Below are positions 55,582-64,000 of a stretch of 64,000 nucleotides of DNA, one piece after another. Each line of letters begins with the position of its first letter. The stretch's first letter is position 1. Location: NCBI RefSeq assembly GCF_001194135.2, contig NC_068991.1, forward strand, positions 6,986,780-7,050,779. The letters run 5' to 3'. Origin of the DNA: Octopus bimaculoides. Lineage: Eukaryota. Both the position numbers and the translations under genes were made by a program. The notes under the pieces were generated by a model. That model was not told the origin of the DNA. It saw nothing but the letters and a program-made list of their open reading frames with translations, and searched no databases.

Positions 55582-55732
55582 CCCTTTAGCATTCAAACAG
55601 GCCATATCCAGCCCAAATCTGTTATTATGTTCAAACTGGCCTCTCACACCTACCCTACAATGTCACTCTAAACATAAACAACCACATCGTCAAAGTCGCA
55701 AAGCTAAGAGGTAATACATGATTAATTTGAAA
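55582..55732. mobile_element. Truncated copy of the same piggyBac-like MITE
   Basis: Starts TTAACCCTTTAGCATTCAAAC and shares CCTACCCTACAATGTCA with the 56716 copy. Confidence 0.6.
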
Positions 55733-55879
55733 CGACCCGGCAAGTAAAGTGATATCACAGCTGTAGCCTATACCAGTGTCACATAACCAGCCTATTTAAA
55801 AGCCCCCTTGATGCATTGAGCGATACACTGTGCTTGAGAAAACCTACTGAGTCAAGTAAAATCAAAATCAAAATGGAAA

Positions 55880-56230
55880 TTGTAGTTGTGACCGATGCCA
55901 GTGCCGCCTGACTGACTCCCATGCTGGGGGCACATAAAAAGACCTACTATACTCTCAGAGTGGTTAGGAAGGGCATCCAGCTGTAGAAACTTGCCAGATC
56001 AGATTGGAGCCTGGTGCAGCCGATGGCTCACTTAAAGGGCATCTAGCTGGAAGGACATCTGGTTTGAAGGATATCTGGCTGGAAGAGCATCTGGCTTGAA
56101 GGGCATCTAGCTGGAAGGTCATCTGCCTGGAACAGCATCTGGTTTGAAGGGCATTCAGTCATAGAAACTCTGCCTCAGTAAATTCCATCTGACCCTTGCT
56201 AGCATGGACAAGTGGATGTTAAAACAATGA
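55880..56230 (+). mobile_element. SINE family A copy with an internal 16-bp minisatellite
   Basis: A core, then 8 x ~GAAGGGCATCTGGCTG at 56033-56160, then a B'-type 3' end. Confidence 0.8.
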
Positions 56231-56715
56231 TAATTTTCCGTAGAAAGGACCAGTAAAGTACTGATCAGAATTGATTCCTCTCACTTTTTGAGAACCAGTT
56301 TATGTTGCACTGTTGGGGGAGGGGCATGAGGAGTGCTACGTGCAGAGTCTCTTTCTTCCAAGAAATAGAGGAGGGTCAAGTCAAAGGTTAACAACTTCTT
56401 TATGTCTAACATGCAATATGAAACTACTTAAAGAAACCAGAGAACATGACTTGGGCGGTGGTGGTGGGGATCAACATGTTGTACGGCACAGAATACTAAA
56501 AAAAAAATCCCATAACTCTAATGATATATAAAAGTACAAGAAAAGAGAATTACTAAAATTGAAACCCTCTGTTTGTTTTGCAAATTTAAGAAGATAAAAT
56601 AGCAGGTGTTCTGTAATGTAATCTGTAGAACGATCACCTAGCAAGCAACAGATACACGGTTCTAATTTTGTCAATGAACTCTTTGTTAGTTTTATTTATT
56701 TATTTTCTATCTTAA

Positions 56716-56936
56716 CCCATTAGCATTTAAACTGGCCAGATCCGGCCCAAATATTCCATCTGTTTTATGTTCAGACTGACCAGATGATCTAACCTCTCAT
56801 ACCTACCCTACAATGTCATTCTAGAAATATGCAAACACACCATTTAAATCTTGGAGTTACAAGATAATGTATGAATAATTCAAATCAATGTGAATAAATA
56901 AGCATTACGTTTGACATAGTCTGAATGCTAAAGGTT
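56716..56936. mobile_element. piggyBac-like MITE (TTAA target)
   Basis: TTAA|CCCATTAGCATTTAAA at the left end and TCTGAATGCTAAAGG..TTAA at the right end. Related partial copies at 55582-55732 and about 35862-35970. Confidence 0.65.
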
Positions 56937-57072
56937 TTAAGTTGCACTTACTGTATTTGACGGTATAAAAGCTGCACAGATGTATTAGACACACCCCAAA
57001 TTTAGTAGTGTGTATTCAGGAAAAACTAAAGCTTATGGGAGGCCCAACTTCGCATATAGGAGCCATACATAA

Positions 57073-57266
57073 GACTGGCCTTCATGCTGGTGGCACATAA
57101 AGCACCCACTACACTTTCGGAGTGGTTGGCGTTAGGAAAGGTATCCAGCTGTAGAAACTCTGCCAAATCAGATTGGAGCCTGGTGTATCCATCTGGTTCA
57201 CCAGTCCTCTCACTCAAATCGTCCAACCCATGCTAGCATGGAAAGCGGACATTAATCGATGATGAT
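57073..57266 (+). mobile_element. SINE family A copy
   Basis: GCACCCACTACAC...GGAAAGGTATCCAGCTGTAG...GCATGGAAAGCGGAC...GATGATGAT. Further copies near 28053, 29325, 33287 and 38049. Confidence 0.8.
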
Positions 57267-58102
57267 TAGAAACCAGCTCCTTCTTCAGAGAAAGAATTTA
57301 AATTATTAAAAACAGAAGAAACAGACAGACAAACAGATCACACATGAATGAAACCGTTAATCCATTTTTTTCCTCTCCATGTTTCATTTCCTCATTCATT
57401 TCTGTAGAAGAGTGGAGACTCAAAATGTCAAAGACTTCCATTTTTCCTGAGCATCAAACTAATACACTTTGTGTGTTCTTTCCTCAATGGTTTCTATCTT
57501 CTGTTTTTTGTACAATCCTGAACTATACATATACATTCACACACACACATATATGTAGGTTTGTATGTGTGTGTAATCTACTGACATTGTATATAAGTCT
57601 CTCTCGATATATATATAGATCTGTATGTGTTTGTGTGTGGAGAGTAATCTGTTGGTGAAAGTATACAGTTCCGTATACTAGTATGTGTGTGCTTGTGAAT
57701 GAGTGAGAAGCGGTTATTCTGTTGATCTCCCACGATGTCTTCCCCCCCCACCTCACTTTCTCTCCCCAATTCTTTTTATTAATATTTCAATACTTTTCTT
57801 TATTTCTTTATTTCCTCCCCACTTTCATCCATACAGCTGTCCATTATAGACCTTTACAATATGAAGAAAAGCCATTGGAAAAACCAATTATAGCAGCGAC
57901 TCCATCTAAGAATATCTGAAGAAGGAATTTTATTCCTTTACAATATATTTCTAATTGAACAAAGACACAGAGACTTACTACAATGAAGAGATTATGCTTT
58001 TCCTTGGCCATATTGTGTATGAAATTATGGTTGTGTTAGTTAATCCCCTCAGTCACTCCTGACGAAAGGAGTCAAAGGACTGCTCATTGATCAAAGTTAT
58101 TC

Positions 58103-58154
58103 CAGCCATAACTATCTTTTATTCAGGCCAGCCATAACTATCTTTTATTCAGGC
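58103..58154. repeat. Perfect 26-bp tandem duplication
   Basis: CAGCCATAACTATCTTTTATTCAGGC x2. Confidence 0.9.
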
Positions 58155-58205
58155 AGACTATCTAGAATTACATTTCTATCTAATGAGCCCTTCGTTTTCT
58201 ATTTA

Positions 58206-58604
58206 GGCACAGGTGTGGCTGTGTGGTTAACAAGTTTGCTTTTCAGCCACAAGGTTCCTGGTTCACCCCCACTGTGTGGCGCCTTGGGCTAACGTTTTCT
58301 GCTATAGCCCTGAGCTAACCAAAGACTTGTGAATGGATCTGGTAGACGGAAACTGAAGAAAAGTCAATCATATATATTATATGTGAGTGTTTGTGTTTGT
58401 GTGTGTGTTACTGTTTCCTTGGCTTCACATTGCATGATAGTTGTAAACGAATGTCTCTCCTTCATTTGCAATCTTCCATGGAAACATGTCTGGTCAAGGG
58501 GAAACATCACCTTACTAGGAAACAAAGTTGGCAACAGGAAGAGCATCCTCAACAACATTCCATCCAACACATGCTAGCATAGGTAAGTGGTCATTAAACC
58601 GATG
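58206..58604 (+). mobile_element. tRNA-derived SINE family B' (B head, different body, A-type tail)
   Basis: B head, then ...CAACAGGAAGAGCATCC...ATGCTAGCAT. Similar copy at about 41298-41650. Confidence 0.75.
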
Positions 58605-59685
58605 TGTGGACCATACAGGTGTTTTCTTCAGTGATATATAAAACCTAATTGTACAACATATAGTACAGGGAAGCCTCTGTGTGGTCCTAACCTGTAAGAA
58701 ATAGAAGCCAAACCTCCCTCAAATCACATTCTACCATCTTAAAAGAAAAAGAGGGACACATTGGATAATGTAATCCTAGATTTACTGCCTGAATACCAAG
58801 ACTGGATGGCCATAGATGGAAAACCTTTGAACATAGGTCAGTTCAATCGAAACAGACATGTGACTAAACAAGAAGAAGAGCAGCAACAACAACAAATAGC
58901 AAACTACTACAGTTATACATAAAAACACTTTCAATTTTGGTATGTATTACAAGATTTAAACAGTTTGTCTGGGACTTTTAATTCATAGGTCCCTCTTAAG
59001 GGCAACAGATCAAAACTGCAAAGAATAAAATCATTCAATAAATAAAATCAAGAACAAATTGGTAAGGTCTTGTTACCAATTAAATATGACTGATATAAAA
59101 AAAAAAAAAGTTTTAGACTTTAATAGACAAGAATAAAGACTTGTTTTTGTTTTGTGTTGGTTTGTTTTTGCATGCATTTTTCTGAATTAGGGATGAGAAC
59201 AACACAGAGCTGATCAGTTGATGAAAGTCACCTGAGAGTCCATAATTACCTCAAAGGATCTTGTTTGATGTTATTTTATTTGTGTTTTTCGTTTTTTTTG
59301 CTCTGTGACAGTGATCGTATCAGCTAGTGTTTAAGAGAAGGCAAACGGCTTTTTTTTTTTTTGGAAGAGCATGAATCATTAAAAAAAAAAGGGTCTGGAT
59401 AAGAAGTAACACAGGTGTGCGTATGAAAGGCCTCAGCAGAAAGTCAGAAAAATAAAGTTTTGGCACAAAATAAATAGTATTTAAAATATAACCTTCTTTT
59501 TTCTTTCTTCTTCAATACATATTTACAAAATCTTATTTCCCAAGAATCCAAAAGATACACCATTGAATCTAAAGACCACAGTCAATGGAAGCTCCGCTCT
59601 AACAATACACATATATGTATATATACATATAAACGTATATATATATATATACATTTTTTTACACATATGTATACATACATATATA

Positions 59686-59718
<33 letters not shown>

Positions 59719-59776
59719 GCATACATATATGTATTTATAAATTTATATATAGTTATAGATATTATCATACATATTT

Positions 59777-59932
59777 TCAAGTAGTTCCGTGCTTTGTAGC
59801 TTCGAAAAGTCCCTTTTTATAAAAGGGGTCAAAGTCACAGAGAGTCTGCTTGGAAAGGAATTCATTGTTGGACGGATTAATGGGACATGACGGGATCTTC
59901 ATAAGAATTTCCAGAAGGCTCCGTAAATAAAA
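59777..59932 (-). CDS. KIF16B: KIF16B-like kinesin, terminal coding exon
   Basis: tttgtcgtttcag|TTT; encodes [10 protein letters not shown]...[26 protein letters not shown]. The end resembles the KIF16B C-terminus as I recall it (LSKHTICEFSPFFKKGVFDYSSHGTG) and is in frame with the exon at 61336-61416. Confidence 0.88.
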   Translation of the reverse strand, partial: FYLRSLLEILMKIPSCPINPSNNEFLSKQTLCDFDPFYKKGLFEATKHGTT

Positions 59933-60986
59933 CTGAAACGACAAAGGAGAAAGAAAANNNNNNNNNNNNNNNNNNNNNNNNNNNNNNNNNNNNNNNNNNN
60001 NNNNNNNNNNNNNNNNNNNNNNNNNNNNNNNNNNNNNNNNNNNNNNNNNNNNNNNNNNNNNNNNNNNNNNNNNNNNNNNNNNNNNNNNNNNNNNNNNNNN
60101 NNNNNNNNNNNNNNNNNNNNNNNNNNNNNNNNNNNNNNNNNNAAAGCATTTAAATGTTGGTTTCAAATTTTGGCACAAGGCCAGCAATTTCAGGAGAGAG
60201 GGTAAGTCGATTACATTGGACCCCAGTGCTCAATCAGTACTTATTTTATTGACCCCGAAAGGATAAAAGGCAAAGCTGACCTCGACAGAATTTGAACTCA
60301 GAATGTAAAGACATGAAATGCTGCTGAGCATTTTGCACAACATGCTAATGAGATGTTTCGTAACATATTTCTGTGTGTGTGTGTGTGTGTGTGTGCGTGT
60401 ATGTGAATATGTGCACATGTGGGAGGGAATGTGTGTGTGTATTAGTATGTGTGCGGGAGTGAATGTGTGTGTTAGTATGTGTGTAGGAGTGAATATGTGT
60501 GTGTTAGNNNNNNNNNNNNNNNNNNNNNNNNNNNNNNNNNNNNNNNNNNNNNNNNNNNNNNNNNNNNNNNNNNNNNNNNNNNNNNNNNNNNNNNNNNNNN
60601 NNNNNNNNNNNNNNNNNNNNNNNNNNNNNNNNNNNNNNNNNNNNNNNNNNNNNNNNNNNNNNNNNNNNNNNNNNNNNNNNNNNNNNNNNNNNNNNNNNNN
60701 NNNNNNNNNNNNNNNNNNNNNNNNNNNNNNNNNNNNNNNNNNNNNNNNNNNNNNNNNNNNNNNNNNNNNNNNNNNNNNNNNNNNNNNNNNNNNNNNNNNN
60801 NNNNNNNNNNNNNNNNNNNNNNNNNNNNNNNNGGCTGTGTGATTGAGACACTCACCTTGCAACCACATGGTTTCAGGTGTGCTGCATAAACCTGCATAAA
60901 CCTGCATAAACCTGCATAGACTGTGCCAGCATGGAAAATGGATGCTAAACAACAACAATGATGGAAGTGGCAACAGTGATGATGAT

Positions 60987-61032
<46 letters not shown>

Positions 61033-61335
61033 TAGTATTTTGTTTACAATATCAGAATTGTGTTTCAAAGGAATAATGATTTCAAATTTTGGCAAAAGGA
61101 CAGTAATTTTGAGGGAAAGAGGAAGTTGATTACATTAACCTGGCCCCCCAGTGCACAGCAGGTACTTCTTTTATCAACCCTGAAAAGATGAAAGGCTAAG
61201 TAAGTCAACCTTGGTGGCATTTGAACTCAGAATGTAAAAAGCCTAAAGAAATGCTGTTTAGCATTTCGTCTGACACAGTAACGTTTCTGCCAGCTTGTGG
61301 CCTTGTTTTAAAAGAAGAATAAATAATTCACTTAC

Positions 61336-61416
61336 TTCCAACTGATACCGTCTTTCAGAAACAACTTTTTCTGAGCGACTAAACAATTTTTTAGGAGGAA
61401 ATATCAGTGATCCCAC
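61336..61416 (-). CDS. KIF16B: KIF16B-like kinesin, penultimate coding exon (PX domain; not in the ORF track)
   Basis: (T)10ctag|GTG to GAA|gtaagt; 81 nt, phase 0 to 0. Encodes VGSLIFPPKKLFSRSEKVVSERRYQLE, with the PX-domain FPPKK and ERR motifs. Confidence 0.9.
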
Positions 61417-61755
61417 CTAGAAAAAAAAAAATGAAATACATAAAACATAAAAATTTATTTCATCATTAAAAAGATTTGAATTGTTTGTTGTTGCTGAAGA
61501 AATTGCGTTCCTTAATACCATATTTTTTTTTTACACAATTACTACAAGGTTCAGAGGTATTTAATAAATGAATAAAGCAAATTTTTAATATTTCACAAAC
61601 AATTGAGTAATATCTTTACAGAATGATCTGTGAATTTGTACAACCATTCAACCCACTGTAACAGGAAGGTGGACTTGTTTAAGTAAGGAAACAAGGGGTG
61701 ACCGTCATATCCAGGATGTTCTAAAGTAAAAGTTTTAGTGATGTAGATAGCATGT

Positions 61756-61811
61756 GCAACCACTGAGTTTGCATCCCTACCATTGGCAACCACTGAGTTT
61801 GCATCCCTACC
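61756..61811. repeat. 30-bp period tandem duplication
   Basis: GCAACCACTGAGTTTGCATCCCTACC at 61756 and 61786. Confidence 0.9.
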
Positions 61812-62044
61812 GAGTCTACACAGGTTTATGCAGCACACCCGAAAAGCAACCCTTAAACCTATAACAGGGTTATACAGCAGACCTCAAAGCGGCACCCCTA
61901 TAAAAGTGTTGCTTGGAGAATCCCCTTCCTCATTTACATACTGAGAAGTCTGTAATGTTTTTTTTTTATGAGTCTAGACCCCTAAAGGATTTTCCAGTAC
62001 ATCCCTACACCTCCTTCACGATATTGATGACATCATAATGATCA

Positions 62045-62159
62045 CAAGTCCTACCAGGTAGGTGCCAGTAAGATCATAACCAGCACCAGTCCTACCAGGT
62101 AGGTGCTAATAAGATCATAAGCATCACCAATCCTACCAGGTAGATGCCAGTAGGACTTG
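62045..62159. repeat. 41-bp minisatellite (about 2.6 units) bounded by 10-bp inverted repeats
   Basis: Units start at 62048, 62089 and 62130. Ends CAAGTCCTAC and GTAGGACTTG. Confidence 0.85.
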
Positions 62160-63859
62160 AAACTATATCAAACAAGACAACAGACTGATTTTATTTTACA
62201 TATAAATAATGAGAAACAAACAAGAAAGAACAGCATAAAGATTTTATCATGTTTATAGAAAACAATACTAGAGATTGAATACCTTACCCCACTTCATTCA
62301 GGTTTTGATTCTAATATCACTGTACTACAGCTTAATGAACATAAAAAGAAAGCTGTCTCTACAAAAGCAGCTGTGTCAATAAATTGATAGAGAGAACACA
62401 GAATACAGAAAGAAAATAAACAGAACTAAATACTGCATGCTATTAAGATTCAGCACTCGACTATTTCTACCACTTTGCGCTGAATCCTATTTTGATATTA
62501 TTGAAATGCTTTCATGCTTTCAGTGTTCATCTTTATAAGTTGATCTATAAATAGAGGTAAACAATCAAAGTGTTAATGGAAACCTTACTATTGAATTATT
62601 ATTAGCCGAAAATCTATAATCAGAGTGAAACAATGATCAAATATGAATGAGTGATCTGATCAAAAAGTATGTATGCATGTTTAATTAAGTCAAATGGAAA
62701 AAAAAACAAAAAAAAATCTATTTGTGTAAATTACAGATGATACATACAGAAAAGAGAGGGGGGAGGGGGAGAGGAGGAGAGGGAAAAGCAAGATAACCTG
62801 GTAAATTATATAGAGAAGAACAATAGTTTATTATTCTACATATGCACACGTGTACACGCATACACATACATAGATATCTGTGTGTGTGTGTGCACCTCTT
62901 TAGGTAATGGAGAATATATATATAAACTATGAGGATCAATAAAACCTTAAGCTGTGTAAGTGTTAGACTGTGCTTCAGCTGTCAATTCATTGAAAAAATA
63001 TCCAGAGTGATATATGCATTAATATGTAATGAGATTTTTAGTTAAGGTAATTCAGTGTTGAAAATAAAAAGTACCTATTGATGCTGAAAGTGAGTCAGTG
63101 AGATATGAGAAGGTGGTGTTGAAACAAAAACTCGTTCAACTGTGACAAGCACAGTAGTTACACAGAGAAAAGGAAATTAAATACATTTATAAAAACTACA
63201 CTCTCTTCTCCCTCATAAACAATGTGCCGCTAAAGATCTTCAAATGCATGGCAAATGCTCAGCCCTCTGATCATCATCAATGATTTTTCATCCTGACTGC
63301 ATACTTCTAACATAGCCAACACAGCATCCAAATGTTTCGCTGTCTTTCCAGAGCTGGAAAGTACTTCAGCTCTGGCTGCAAGGCACATATGCATATCACA
63401 GCAGAGTACAGTCCACATATCAGAGTACAGTCCACAGCTGCTAATATATACATTCAAAACCACGTATGCAAACTTTCGCTAAACACTGTAATTACTAGTC
63501 TACTGATATACAGCATTCTCTCTCTTTCCATTGAAGTACAGCCCCCTCTCTCTCTCTCTCTATCTCCATCCATTAATACACAGCATTCTCCTTCTCTCTC
63601 GCTGTGTCATCTACTGCAACTACACTGGCTACTGTTCCTCTGATCTGCCATTGTTTAAAACTCCAGTACACTTGGCCTGGCCTCCTCTCCCTTTGTTTCT
63701 TTGACAGTTCCTTACCCCCTCCCCTCAAACTTCCCACTAAACATATTTCCCGTTTATTGTTCTAGAACTGCAACCCCCTGTAATACTCTGTTTGTCTACA
63801 TTTTTCACTTTAAACATCAACCATTAAACGTGCAACTTTTATCAAGAGATTTTAACTGA

Positions 63860-64000
63860 GTATTACACATGCAGAAGAAACAACTGCACTGGTATGAACA
63901 TGTGTACAAGAGATGAAAATGGACAATGAACTCTTAAACGGAAACTTGCTCTGTGCTGACAGAAGACGCACATAGTAGAAGACAACCAAAGACGATGGGA
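63860..64000 (+). mobile_element. Decayed RTE-like LINE fragment
   Basis: QKKQLHWYEHV, comparable to the RTE RRLRWYGHV motif; runs off the window end. Confidence 0.45.

Noticed and set aside
59877-59932. Alternative frame [17 protein letters not shown] for the terminal minus-strand exon
   Set aside because: The upstream exon ends in phase 0, and only frame 0 continues the PX/KIF16B similarity.
62045-62159. CRISPR-like array (regular spacing, palindromic repeat)
   Set aside because: The 'spacers' are copies of each other, there are fewer than 3 units, the context is eukaryotic and there are no cas genes.
63230-63463. 77-aa minus-strand ORF as an upstream KIF16B exon
   Set aside because: Lacks the expected PX RRYS motif and looks more like decayed LINE sequence with an internal 19-bp duplication.

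Overview
AT-rich animal genomic DNA, dense in SINEs, MITEs, LINE relics and microsatellites, with six N gaps. The repeat repertoire looks like octopus (inference, not a database match). Three spliced genes can be rebuilt by hand. (1) YY1 on the minus strand: five core coding exons (21346-21796, 16047-16203, 12385-12442, 11278-11436, 10009-10178), a probable sixth (9703-9765) and an uncertain terminal exon near 3977. (2) A sphingolipid delta4-desaturase (DEGS1/DEGS2 family) on the plus strand: 22194-22275, 36246-36988 and 38943-39089, giving 323 aa. Its ATG lies only 397 bp from the YY1 ATG, head to head. (3) The last two coding exons of a KIF16B-like kinesin (C-terminal PX domain) on the minus strand: 61336-61416 and 59777-59932. 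The most interesting signals are a dense, partly palindromic cluster of YY1-binding motifs in YY1 intron 1 (candidate autoregulatory module), the tight divergent YY1-DEGS pair (possibly the same linkage as vertebrate YY1-DEGS2), a candidate alternative YY1 exon with two acceptors (in-frame or poison), and several long intronic or intergenic hairpins. No prokaryotic features, rRNA, true tRNA gene or CRISPR array were found. Repeat boundaries are approximate unless a TSD or TIR is quoted.
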